Shown here: positions 21,592-33,359 of the stretch, one piece after another
How positions within the stretch are numbered: position 1 is the first letter of the stretch
How the letters are laid out: each line of letters starts with the position of its first letter
Assembly: GCF_001194135.2 (NCBI RefSeq)
Contig: NC_069006.1
Location: 12,640,249-12,686,062 of the forward strand
Direction: 5' to 3'
DNA: 45,814 bases
Source of the DNA: Octopus bimaculoides
Taxonomy: Eukaryota
Position numbers and translations under genes: made by a program
Notes under the pieces: generated by a model
Databases searched by the model: none
The model's input: the letters and a program-made list of their open reading frames with translations, nothing else
What the model was told of the DNA's origin: nothing

Positions 21592-21714
21592 GTAGCCAGA
21601 TATTTAGGTTAAGAGAGTTCAGTGAGGATAAAGTTGTCGACTGGGACACAATGTACAACTGGCTGGCTCGATGTGTGAAGAATATTCCTGTAGATTCTGA
21701 GGGCGACAATGGTG
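21592..21714 (+). CDS. Candidate coding exon, 123 nt, phase 1-1 (SQIFRLREFSEDKVVDWDTMYNWLARCVKNIPVDSEGDNG)
   Basis: Acceptor tttatttttccAG, donor GTG|GTAGGT, higher GC than flanks, single open frame, protein-like composition. Product not recognised. Confidence 0.65.
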
Positions 21715-22456
21715 GTAGGTTTATATTGTATATTAATGTATATATTCATATATTTTTTTCTGTGACATTTATTTGGGGCAAGGTAGATATTTCATTCAGT
21801 TGTTGTGTGTGAGGAAATGTTTTACTGGTCTTAATCTCGTCAATCTGTTTAGTTTATCTCTGTTTATTTATAACATTCCAATGTGGGTACTTATACTTGT
21901 TCGTTCAGCTTGCTAGAAAACCCCACCAGCTAAATGACTTTCAAATCACATCGTTTTGCTTTATTTAAGGATAGGAAACATTAGATAATGTTGCCCTATG
22001 TACCCCTAAAATTTATACACCCACTACAATTATGATTGGAATGTCTTTCAGCCAAACTTTGTTTGATTGCGAATGAATTGGAGCTAAATACGACAAACAG
22101 CAACACTTGTAATGAACTGAGGAGTTTTGACATGGTCTGTTGGTCTGCTAAAAATAGGAACCAGATATGCTGAAGATATTATCTTTTTGAAAAAAAATTT
22201 TTTTTGAATGGTGTTGAATACCGTAATCCTAGATACACTGTGTCTGAATAAATGACAAATGAGCGTGGTTGGAGCTTCTTTGATTAATAGGCTTTATTGA
22301 GTTAAGGGCTGACCTTGAGTTAAAGAACTGATAGCAGTTTCTACATAAACTAGTGAAGGAACCGCTCTATGAGATTTAATGAAAATAGTCGGCAAATCTC
22401 TCAAATGATACTGTAATGTGATAAAAGTTGATGCCTGTCACTGGAACACTTTTCAC

Positions 22457-23062
22457 GGATCTATTTCAAAACGGGGGCACCAGTTTTCATTTATGTTTTA
22501 TGTAGTGTTTTTGGTACCGAAAGACTTTCAAACTTCGTATACTTATCTATTTTGTGTTATAGAACAGAAAAAAATTTTTGTATTCGAATTTATTTCATGT
22601 AAAAAATTGTCTTATTTCGATAATTTCTACTAATCACTGACGTCTATTCAGTTGAAAACGGTGTATATCGTATTAATCCCCTAACCCTAACTAGACTGTT
22701 AACCCTAACCCTAACTCTAGAATCCGAACTCTAAAATTGTTACACACATAGATATGCACAGCATAATTTATTATATAAACAATATATGCGTATAAATTAC
22801 GATTAAACCGGATGAAATATGTCACAGGGAATAACATTTTTATGACCGCCCAGCAGTAACTCTATTCAGCTGAATAGACGTCAGTGATTGGTTGAAATTA
22901 CAGAAATACGACAACTTTAACATGGAATAACTTGCGATGTACGTTTTTTTTGTTAAGAAGACTAAGAGTAAAAGATGTTTTATATGATACATTCTACCAG
23001 TGTCCCAAGTTTCAAAGTGTTTCGTTAAGAAAATACTGGTGCCCCCGTTTTGAAATAGATCC
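22457..23062. mobile_element. 606-bp MITE with GG-initiated 27-bp TIRs and a perfect 8-bp TSD (Merlin-like)
   Basis: TIR GGATCTATTTCAAAACGGGGGCACCAG and its perfect inverse. TSD CTTTTCAC at 22449-22456 and 23063-23070. Internal inverted repeat ~22625-22655 / 22868-22900 and CCCTAA repeats. Superfamily inferred from GG termini plus 8-bp TSD. Confidence 0.8.
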
Positions 23063-23171
23063 CTTTTCACTATAGATCTGCTCTGTCAGAGCTAACTTGG
23101 TGCTAAATAACATCCTAGTTGTTCAATATAATTACAAAATCTCTACCATTTAAACTGCCTTTTGTTTTCAG

Positions 23172-23269
23172 AAGAAACCCACCCCACATGAAATCATTGA
23201 TATTAAGGCATAATGCAGATAGTGTATCAGAGGTGGTGTGCTCACACATCAGTTATTTCAAGTCTTAGA
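23172..23269 (+). other. Candidate exon with strong splice sites but stops in all frames (terminal coding or UTR exon?)
   Basis: ctttgttttcAG acceptor, AGA|GTAAGT donor. If joined to 21714 in phase 1 it reads EETHPT*. Confidence 0.35.
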
Positions 23270-23944
23270 GTAAGTTTAGAATGTGTTGTCCTCCAGCACT
23301 AATAATAATTACTGTTGGAGGACACTGATGGACAATGTTATCTGACACGGGCAAGTATCTTCTACAGCCCTGTGTCCCCTTAATGCCTTGTGAGTGAATT
23401 TGGTAAACAGACTCTATGTGAAAGTCTATCACGTGTGTGGATGTGCATGTCCTGCCACTGCTTGGCATCCTGTGTTAACTCAGTTACATCTCTATGACTT
23501 AGTAGTTTGGCAAAATAGGCTGATAGAATAAGTAACTGGCTTTAAAACAAAAAAAAGAAATGAGTGCTGAGGCCAAATTGTTTGATTAAACACTTTAAAA
23601 GCATGGCCACTGTCCAGTGAGTGAAACAAGTAAAAGATAAAAGATTCAATATAGATATAATAGATATCTCTTTATTAATATCAACAGAATAGCAAACAAC
23701 AGAAAAGTGTAAATTTTACAAATGTTTCGTAATTTGTTTTCCACAGCTGTTTCAATGAAGTAAAACCATCAGCATTTATATAATTATGTAATTAACATAA
23801 TTTATTTAACTATGAGGGATTACTCATCTCATCAGGAGAAAAAGATGAAAAATCTATATTGATCAATATATCAACGTTAGAGTAGAATAACCATAGTCCT
23901 CCTCTGTTAATTACTACTATTACTAATAATAATGATGATGATAA

Positions 23945-24512
23945 TTGTTTTTACTGTAGGCACAAGGCCTGAAATTTTATTGGGCTGGGGGGGGGGGTCA
24001 TTTTATCAACTGCAAAAGGATGAAAGACAAGATCAACCTTGGTGGAATTTGAGTTCAGAACATGAAGACAGACAAAATGCCACTAAGCATTTTATCTGGC
24101 ATGCTAACACTTCTGCCAGCTCACTATCATAGTATTTGCATCCTGTTCACTGGTGTCAGATATTTATGGTTTCTTGTTTTTAAGGGGTTTTATCTTCTCC
24201 AGGTTAGGGGTTTCAATCCGGAGAACTTGTGTCCCTTCTTTTACTGCCATTCCAACAATAATAAACTGACCCAGTCAATATTTGCAGTTCATGTAAGGTG
24301 GTGAGCTGGCAGAAACATTAAGCACGCTGGGCGAAATGCTTAGCGGTATTTTCTCTATCTTTATGTTCTGATTTCAAATTCCGCCGAAGTCGACTTTGCC
24401 TTTCATCCTTTCAGGGTTGATAAATTAAGTACCAGTTGCGCACTGGGATCAATCTAATCGACTGGCCTCCTCCCCCAAAATTTCAGGTCTTGTGCTTAGA
24501 GTAGAAAGAATA
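23945..24512. mobile_element. Head-to-head inverted pair of SINE B copies (23945-24125 -, 24295-24512 +)
   Basis: Reverse-complement similarity over ~150 bp with a ~170-nt spacer. Confidence 0.75.
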
Positions 24513-24960
24513 TTTACAGTTCATGTGGACATTTTGTGTAATTAACTTTACATATAATAAAACAAGAAGTTAATTAAATTGTCTGGCTAATTAATTAAAT
24601 CTTTTAACATATGTGTGCTTTTATATGGTAATAAATAAATCTAGTAATATAGTAAGGTTTACAATCACTACCATGCTACAGCAACCAAGCTTCTTTTATA
24701 CTGTTACACAACAGGACCTGCTAGAAATACCAGCCATATCTCCCTTAAATCGCACTTTACTCTTGGGTTGGGGGTATGAAAGACCTGTTAGCTAATGGAT
24801 GGAGTTTTCAGAATAGCTGTCCTACAAAGACCCATATACCATGTGAAAGTAAGAGTTGGGGTTTTTGGGAAGGGGTGATTTTTTTTTTTTTTTTAATTTA
24901 CAGACTGTAGAAGTTGAGCTATTTCTTGTTTAGCCCCAGGTCAATTTTGATTCAATAGAG

Positions 24961-25178
24961 TAGTGGTTCTTAACTGGGGTCCATATAAGATTTTTTTTTT
25001 TGTTTGTTATAATTTATGTGCAAAAAATGACTCAAACTTCTCCAATACACCAAATATTTTAACAATTTTTTTATACAATTCTTAATAATATTTAATTCTA
25101 AAAATATAATAGGATTTTTCAAACATCGAATGGCTGTGAAGGTCCATAAGAAGAAAAAAAAATGGTTGAGAAACACTG
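24961..25178. mobile_element. hAT-type MITE, 218 bp
   Basis: TIRs TAGTGGTTCTTAAC and GGTTGAGAAACACTG. Left flank CAATAGAG; right flank begins CAA and then enters a gap, compatible with an 8-bp TSD. Confidence 0.65.
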
Positions 25179-25431
25179 CAANNNNNNNNNNNNNNNNNNN
25201 NNNNNNNNNNNNNNNNNNNNNNNNNNNNNNNNNNNNNNNNNNNNNNNNNNNNNNNNNNNNNNNNNNNNNNNNNNNNNNNNNNNNNNNNNNNNNNNNNNNN
25301 NNNNNNNNNNNNNNNNNNNNNNNNNNNNNNNNNNNNNNNNNNNNNNNNNNNNNNNNNNNNNNNNNNNNNNNNNNNNNNNNNNNNNNNNNNNNNNNNNNNN
25401 NNNNNNNNNNNNNNNNNNNNNNNNNTATAGT

Positions 25432-25766
25432 TATATCATCATCATTGTTTAACATCCGCTTTCCATGCTAGCATGGGTTGGACGATTTGACTGAGGACTG
25501 GTGAAACCAGATGGCTGCACCAGGCTCCAATCTGATCTGGCAGAATTTCTACAGCTGGATGCCCTTCCTAACGCCAACCACTCTGAGAGTGTAGTGGGTG
25601 CTTATACGTATCACCAGCACAAGGGCCAGTCAGGTGGTACTGGCAACGGCCACGCTCAAAATGGTGTTTTTTACGTGCCACCTGCACAGGAGCTAGTCCA
25701 GTGGCATTGGCAACGACCTCACTCGAATGTTTTTTTCATGTGCCAGTAAGGTGACGCTGGTGACGA

Positions 25767-25768
<2 letters not shown>
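25432..25768 (-). mobile_element. SINE-like family C with internal tandem units
   Basis: Reverse complement of 18-376. Confidence 0.85.
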
Positions 25769-25807
<39 letters not shown>

Positions 25808-26592
25808 NNNNNNNNNNNNNNNNNNNNNNNNNNNNNNNNNNNNNNNNNNNNNNNNNNNNNNNNNNNNNNNNNNNNNNNNNNNNNNNNNNNNNNNNNNNNN
25901 NNNNNNNNNNNNNNNNNNNNNNNNNNNNNNNNNNNNNNNNNNNNNNNNNNNNNNNNNNNNNNNNNNNNNNNNNNNNNNNNNNNNNNNNNNNNNNNNNNNN
26001 NNNNNNNNNNNNNNNNNNNNNNNNNNNNNNNNNNNNNNNNNNNNNNNNNNNNNNNNNNNNNNNNNNNNNNNNNNNNNNNNNNNNNNNNNNNNNNNNNNNN
26101 NNNNNNNNNNNNNNNNNNNNNNNNNNNNNNNNNNNNNNNNNNNNNNNNNNNNNNNNNNNNNNNNNNNNNNNNNNNNNNNNNNNNNNNNNNNNNNNNNNNN
26201 NNNNNNNNNNNNNNNNNNNNNNNNNNNNNNNNNNNNNNNNNNNNNNNNNNNNNNNNNNNNNNNNNNNNNNNNNNNNNNNNNNNNNNNNNNNNNNNNNNNN
26301 NNNNNNNNNNNNNNNNNNNNNNNNNNNNNNNNNNNNNNNNNNNNNNNNNNNNNNNNNNNNNNNNNNNNNNNNNNNNNNNNNNNNNNNNNNNNNNNNNNNN
26401 NNNNNNNNNNNNNNNNNNNNNNNNNNNNNNNNNNNNNNNNNNNNNNNNNNNNNATGCAGTTTTGGATAATACTGTCTGAATAATAGGCTTGATGGTCATG
26501 GTAGGAAGTTCTTGATCATGGGTCTGTTGAATCAAAATTAATCTGGTGCTAAACAGCAAATATTCCAACTTGTAGGGAGTTTATATATTTTA

Positions 26593-27330
26593 AAGGTGGT
26601 AAGCTGGCAGAACCCGTAGGCACACTGGGCAAAATGCTGAACAGCATTTTGTCTGTCTTTATGTTCTGAGTTCAAATTCCACCAAAGTCGACTTTGCCTT
26701 TCATCCTTTTGGAGTTGATAAAATAAGTACCAGTTGATCACTGGGGTCAATACAATCAACTTACAATCAACTTACAATCCACTGAACTTGCTGACATTGT
26801 GCCAAAATTTGAAATCTGATATTTTACAGGAATGGAAGTAATGGCGTTTATACTTTTTTTCTTCATAAATGTATCTTAATAAGTATGAAATATGAGAGCC
26901 AAGTCCAGCTTGTTGTCATTTTATGTTTTGTCCAGTCATTTTGTAATTAATGTCATTCTCATTCATTCTGAGTTCTTCATAACTTTTGTCATTTGTACTT
27001 TTAATATACAATAAAGATTTCGGTTATGCATGGTTGTTTGTGTGCAATGTATACGAGTGTTGTGTGAATTGTGTGTTTATTATGCATATGTACTCTGTGT
27101 GTGTGTGTGAGAGAGAGAGAGAGTACTATGTATACATTGTGAATATTACTATTGTATACATGTTACTATTGTTAACATGTGAATTTTACATTCAAATTCT
27201 GCTGGAGTTAACTTTACCTTTTCATCCTTTTAAGGTTGATAAAATAATTACCAGTTGCATACTGGAGTCTATGTAACCAACCAACTAACCCCCTCTGCCC
27301 TGAATTTGTTGGCCTTGTATCAAAATTTGA
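26593..27330 (+). mobile_element. SINE B copies (26593-26815, 27165-27330)
   Basis: Family B module. The first has an 11-bp tandem triplication TACAATCAACT at ~26750-26780. Confidence 0.7.
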
Positions 27331-27354
27331 ACCTTATTTCATGTGTGCCTATTG

Positions 27355-27392
<38 letters not shown>

Positions 27393-28160
27393 AGGAACCA
27401 CTTTCTTTTCTGCCTTAGCGTGTTTTCCAATGCAGGCGTTATTGTTTCTGAAACAGTCAAAAGTTGTAAGAACGAGGATACCAGGTTAATAATATCTGGG
27501 GGCAGGTTACAATCCTGTAAAAGTAAACAAATAAATAGAATATTTAAACAATTGCACTATTTTTCAGCTTTTGCCTCTTCTTTTTGTTTTTCAAAAATGT
27601 ATTATATTGATTCCAAATCACAANNNNNNNNNNNNNNNNNNNNNNNNNNNNNNNNNNNNNNNNNNNNNNNNNNNNNNNNNNNNNNNNNNNNNNNNNNNNN
27701 NNNNNNNNNNNNNNNNNNNNNNNNNNNNNNNNNNNNNNNNNNNNNNNNNNNNNNNNNNNNNNNNNNNNNNNNNNNNNNNNNNNNNNNNNNNNNNNNNNNN
27801 NNNNNNNNNNNNNNNNNNNNNNNNNNNNNNNNNNNNNNNNNNNNNNNNNNNNNNNNNNNNNNNNNNNNNNNNNNNNNNNNNNNNNNNNNNNNNNNNNNNN
27901 NNNNNNNNNNNNNNNNNNNNNNNNNNNNNNNNNNNNNNNNNNNNNNNNNNNNNNNNNNNNNNNNNNNNNNNNNNNNNNNNNNNNNNAAAATATAAATCTG
28001 AAAATAATTTTCAAGCAAAAAGTCAGAACTTCAAAAATTGCAGACAGTGTTGGTGGTGATGATGGTGGTGGTGATGATGGTGATGGTGGTGGTGGTGATG
28101 GTGGTGGTGGTGGTGTTGGTGGCGGTGTCATCATGGAATTGTTTTATGTGAGTATACATA

Positions 28161-28194
<34 letters not shown>

Positions 28195-28245
28195 ATCTGT
28201 ACTTGTATTCGTACATGTTTGCATATGTGTGTTTATATTTGTACA

Positions 28246-28282
<37 letters not shown>

Positions 28283-28804
28283 ATTCATACTTGTTTGTGT
28301 GTGCATGTGTATACACATGAAGAAACACATGCTATTAAGTTGGTAGTTAGGTAATAACCTAAACAATATTTCAGTTTGTTCATCTGTGGCCTATTTTTAT
28401 GGAGGATGTTCAAAAATAGGACCGTTGCCGCGTCTTTTTTCTTTCTGCTTCATATATTTTATATTATTATGTTTTTTATTTCATTTTTTTTTCTGTCTAC
28501 CTAAACTGTCTTCCTCACCGTTTGTTATTGTTTCACTTTAAAATTAAACCAGCTGTTTCTTGGGTTCTTGTTTTCTTAATGGGTTTATGTTCTCCCCCCC
28601 CCCACACACACACACTTTCTTCTGATCTTATTCGCTACAAATTTTATCTTGCTTTTATAATCTTAACTTTTATTTAAATTATGCCAAATTATATATGAGT
28701 GTATGGGTGTATATCCATGTGTTTGTGTGTGTGTGTATGTATATGTGTGTGGGTGTTGGGGTTATTAAGTAAAAAAAAAAAAAAACTGAGCTTTTATTTT
28801 ACAG

Positions 28805-28859
28805 AAAATGAAGTCAATTTCATATGCAGAATAGCTGTGAAAACAACTTAGGAGATTGG
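28805..28859 (+). other. Candidate 55-nt exon with strong splice sites
   Basis: cttttattttacAG acceptor, TGG|GTAAGT donor. Stops in all three entry phases; an internal ATG gives MQNSCENNLGDW up to the donor. Confidence 0.35.
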
Positions 28860-29370
28860 GTAAGTACCCTTACTAGAGGGGAAAAGTGGCCAGCAAGCCT
28901 CTAGAGTTAATCAAACCCTGTGCCTCACAAATNNNNNNNNNNNNNNNNNNNNNNNNNNNNNNNNNNNNNNNNNNNNNNNNNNNNNNNNNNNNNNNNNNNN
29001 NNNNNNNNNNNNNNNNNNNNNNNNNNNNNNNNNNNNNNNNNNNNNNNNNNNNNNNNNNNNNNNNNNNNNNNNNNNNNNNNNNNNNNNNNNNNNNNNNNNN
29101 NNNNNNNNNNNNNNNNNNNNNNNNNNNNNNNNNNNNNNNNNNNNNNNNNNNNNNNNNNNNNNNNNNNNNNNNNNNNNNNNNNNNNNNNNNNNNNNNNNNN
29201 NNNNNNNNNNNNNNNNNNNNNNNNNNNNNNNNNNNNNNNNNNNNNNNNNNNNNNNNNNNNNNNNNNNNNNNNNNNNNNNNNNNNNNNNNNNNNNNNNNNN
29301 NNNNNNNNNNNNNNNNNNNNNNNNNNNNNNNNNNNNNNNNNNNNNNNNNNNNNNNNNNNNNNNNNNNNNN

Positions 29371-29750
29371 AGCCGATATACATTAAGTGCCGACTACATA
29401 AACAAACGATTCTGAAACAATTAACCCTAACCCTAACCCTAACGTTAGGGTTAGGGTTAAAGCAAATTTAAAATGAAAAAAGCAAATAAAACGAAGGTAT
29501 GGAGATTAAATACGCTTTACATCGCTTAATGAGCCAAAGGAGTAAATGTAAACAACTGAATACTTGTCAGTGAATGGTTGAAATTATCGAAATAAGACAA
29601 TTTTTTACATGAAATAAATTCGAATACAAAAGTATTTTTCTGTTCTATAACACAAAATAGATAAGTATACGAAGTTTGAAAGTCTTTCGGTACCAAAAAC
29701 ACTACGTAAAACATTAATGAAAAATGTGGCCCCCGTTTTAAAAAAGATCC
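29371..29750 (-). mobile_element. Partial relative of the 22457 Merlin-like MITE, with a telomere-repeat palindrome
   Basis: ~29550-29750 is the reverse complement of 22457-22655 and ends GGCCCCCGTTTTAAAAAAGATCC. The other end is in a gap. Confidence 0.75.
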
Positions 29751-30786
29751 CATTTTTCTTATAAATGAACTTAGAAGTGCTCAGCTTTCATTGTTTTGAA
29801 AGAACCCAATACTGATGCAAGAGCATAACTATATGTGATTGTTGACTGTGACTTGAAGTTTCAATTCTTGTGGCTTAATGTATGTGTGTGTATATACACT
29901 ATGCATTCACACGGATATACATGCATACACAACACGCATTGCACAACACATGCAGACACACACACTCACACACATAAATAGATGTATTTTTCCACATCCA
30001 GATAACACGATTCCTATCGGCAACACTCAGACTAGTTTTAAAATGTTGTTCTGTTTGTTGTTTTAGGATTTTTTATTTTTGTATCCGAATCATGACATAT
30101 ACCAAGTCACCCCTCATCTTCCTCATCAATTAATTTAAGCAAGTAATTAACTAAAACTGTTTCTAATTTCATTATCAAAATCATTTTCATCATTCATATG
30201 TGAATTCAGTTAACTGAGGATGCATGTAGGTGGTGGTGGTGGTGGTGTTGGTGACAGTAGTAGTGTGGGTAACGGTGGGGGTAGTTTTGATGGTGTAGGT
30301 GATGGTATTAGTGCTGTGGATGTTGGTGATGGTAGTGCTGCTGTATTCTTTTACCAACAAGGAAGCTATTTTATAGACATGCAGTTTTTTTAGGAATAAA
30401 GACCTTGAGAATTATCTTTCCATCTTACAGCTGGATGCCCTTCCAAATGCCAATCACTTTACAATGTGGACTGGATGCTTTTCTTAAATGGTAGCTGTAC
30501 TGGCAGGGTCACCAAATGGCTTTGCAAACAAGGAGTTTTTGAGAGGGGAGGGAGCCTTGTCTCTTTCAACACAATACAATTAAGACCCTTAAATTCTCTA
30601 GAAATACACCAGACTTCATGATATATGGTCATGGCCTTGCAACCTCTGGTCACCTCTTAACCTTTATTAGGTTACTGACCCCCTAGCAACCTCCCAACCT
30701 TTATCTGGTCACCTCCCCACAATCATGTTCACCATGGCTTCTCGCTTCATCTGGTCACTCCCCCATTCCCACCCCATCATACACAT

Positions 30787-31110
30787 TCTTTTATTTGTTT
30801 CAGTCGTTAAACTGCAGCCATGCTAGGGCACTGCCTTGAACTTTTAGTCAGATGGATTGACCCCAATACTTTATTCTATCAGTTTTTTTTGCCGAACTGC
30901 TAAGTTGCAGGGACATAAGTATACCAACACTGGTTGTCAAGCAGTGATGGTGGACAAACACACACACATGACAGGCTTCTTTCAGTTTCCGTCTACCAAA
31001 TCCACTCACAAGGCTTTGGTTGGCCTGAGGCTTATAGTAGAAAACACTTGCCCAAGGTCCCATGCAGAACCCAGAGCCATGTGGTTGGGAAGCAAGCTTT
31101 TACCACACAT
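30787..31110 (-). mobile_element. SINE family A, minus strand
   Basis: Reverse complement of 8911-9296 with small deletions. Confidence 0.85.
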
Positions 31111-31476
31111 AACATTGTTAAAGCCGAATCCCAAACCTTAAGATACCTTCTACTCCTTTTACTGAAATAAAATCTTTAAGCCGTGATTACTTTATCCTAA
31201 AGTTTAGGATAAAATACATGTGTGAGACAGTGTGGTAACTAAACACACACATAAACACACATATGGGACAATGTGGTAACTGTACATATAATATTCATCT
31301 GTGAGACAGTACTCTGTTTTATTTTATTTTCTTTCATCTTCCACCCTGTCTCTCTTACTAACAGTTTACCCTGTTATCTTACTGAAATCCATGTTACCTG
31401 AGATACACCAACACATCAATAGTTTTAACTACACATGCACACACATACTCATACACACATTAGAATATTGAACATA

Positions 31477-32006
31477 TAAGGGGTCTGATCAATAAGTATC
31501 CAGACTGTTGCCATAGTAACGAAGCTAAAGTACGCAGAGTGAAGTTGCTTGCCACAGATTGACCTTGAACTCTGCTGTGCTTGTGCACTAAGTTTTAACA
31601 TTCAAGCTCATTTCCGCTGTTTACAGCAGTGCTTGGAAAGAAGGTTTGTAGTGTGTGATCATCACATTGACCATGACAGCAAGTTGTGATGGTGATACCT
31701 GCTCAGAAGCCTATGCAAAGTGGTAGAAAATGTATGGAGAGGAGTGTATGAGCCGCACACAAGTGTACGAGTGATTCAGATGTTTCCAAGATGGGTGAAA
31801 AATGTCGATATTGACGAATGTTCTGAGAGACCTGTAGCCAGCAGAAATGAGAAAAACATCACAGATGTGTGTGCAACTGTGAGGGGAATCATTGAATTAC
31901 CATCCCTGAGTTATCAGAGGATGTTCAGATTTGTTACAGTTCAATTCAGTCCATTATCACTGAAGATTTGGGTATGAGATGCGTGTCAGCCAAGTTTGTG
32001 CCAAAA
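31477..32006 (+). pseudogene. Mariner relic, 5' TIR and N-terminal HTH region (family 1)
   Basis: TA followed by TIR-like TAAGGGTCTGATCAATAAGTATCC. Degraded translation YGEECMSRTQVYE*F..F.DG..NVD.DE.S.RP..SRNEKNITDV...IITEDLGMRCVSAKFVPK. Confidence 0.8.
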
Positions 32007-32007
32007 T

Positions 32008-32855
32008 CCCATCATAATTGTTGGGGAACCAGCATAGAATCTTGGATTTGGTCATTCAACCATTTATCAACACCTGCGTGCCATCAGAAAAGTCAGCAAA
32101 TTGGGTCAATGGGTTCCTCACAAACTTTCCAAGTCTAATCACATGCAGAGAGTGAATGTGTGCTCTTCTTTGTTGTCACATCTCACAAATGAACCTTTTT
32201 TTTGACTAAATAGTGACAGGTGACAAGAAATGGGTTCTCTATAAAAATGTCAAGCGCCGATGACAATGGGTGGGGAAAGGAGAAACACCAGCACCCTAGG
32301 CTAAAGAAGGTTTTCACATATGTAAGGTTTTGTTATCTGTTTGGTAGGATGTGAAAGGTTTAGTCCACTTTGAATTTTTAAACCCAAACCAAACACTAAC
32401 AAAGGAGATCTACTGTGAGCAGCTTGAGTGGCTTAAGTCAGTGCTAGAAGAAAAACAACCATCTTTGCTGTCAAGAAGAAAGGTGTTCTTCCATCAGGAT
32501 AATGCTTTGCCACATACAGCAAGGATGACATTCCAAAGGCTGGAGCAGTTTCAATGGGAAACAATGCTCCACCCACCATATTTGGTGTCCCATCTGATTA
32601 TCATTTATTCTGCAGTCTTCAAAATCATTTGGACAGAAAAATATGAATTCTGTAAACGAGGTCAGATCAGTACCAGAGGAGTATTTTTCATCATGGACAA
32701 GTGAATTTTAGAAGAGGGGCTTTGCAAGTCTACCAGATAGATGGAAGAGCATTGTAGGAAATGAAGGAGAGTATATTTTAGATTAAAAAAAACTTTATCT
32801 TAATTTTGAAAAATAAAAGTATAAAAAAACTGCATTATTCATGGGATGACCTAAT
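32008..32855 (+). pseudogene. Mariner relic, catalytic domain and 3' TIR (family 2)
   Basis: Motifs WVPHKL, IVTGDKKWVLY, VKGLVHFEFL, FHQDNALPH, HPPY..SDYHLF, LPDRWKSIVGNEGEY, with multiple stops and frameshifts. TIR TGCATTATTCATGGGATGACCTAAT ends at 32855. Confidence 0.9.
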
Positions 32856-33195
32856 GTGTATATATATATTCCTTTTATGCATATTTGCATTTCTATTCAA
32901 TATGTTAAATAAATATGCATTATAAACTGACTTGGTACCTGTCTACTGTCTGTTTATGCTTTGAAGTTATATGTACATGCTAAATAGACAGGCAGCTGAG
33001 CTGGTGGCAGTATAATGGTGACAGTCTCTGTCTTTACCCTAACAATAAATGTTATGAACTTCTAGTTTCAGTGAGTTTACTTCTGACCTCTAACCTCTGA
33101 CCTCTCCATCTGTTCATTTGCAACAAAAGACTTGCCTAGTACTTGCTGTTATGGCAGAGATTAAGAGACTTCAATACTGGAAACGGGAGACAAAC

Positions 33196-33256
33196 TATAG
33201 GAGGAGAAGGAAGAGGAGTAAGAACTAGGAGGAGAAGGAAGAGGAGTAAGAACTAG
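33196..33256. repeat. Exact 28-bp tandem duplication
   Basis: TAGGAGGAGAAGGAAGAGGAGTAAGAAC twice. Confidence 0.9.
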
Positions 33257-33359
33257 GACTATTTCTTACTTCATTCTCTCTCTTCTATTTCTGTGTTTTC
33301 CACCCTTTCTATAACCCTCCGTCTTTCTGTCTGTACCCCACTCACTTTCTTTTTTTCCT

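Noticed and set aside
29421-29460. Ancient telomere fusion site
   Set aside because: Orientation is CCCTAA then TTAGGG (opposite of a fusion), the tract is very short, and it is embedded in a MITE.
33084-33103. TGACCT-N8-TGACCT nuclear-receptor-like direct repeat
   Set aside because: Short motif in a low-complexity CT context, unsupported without conservation or binding data.
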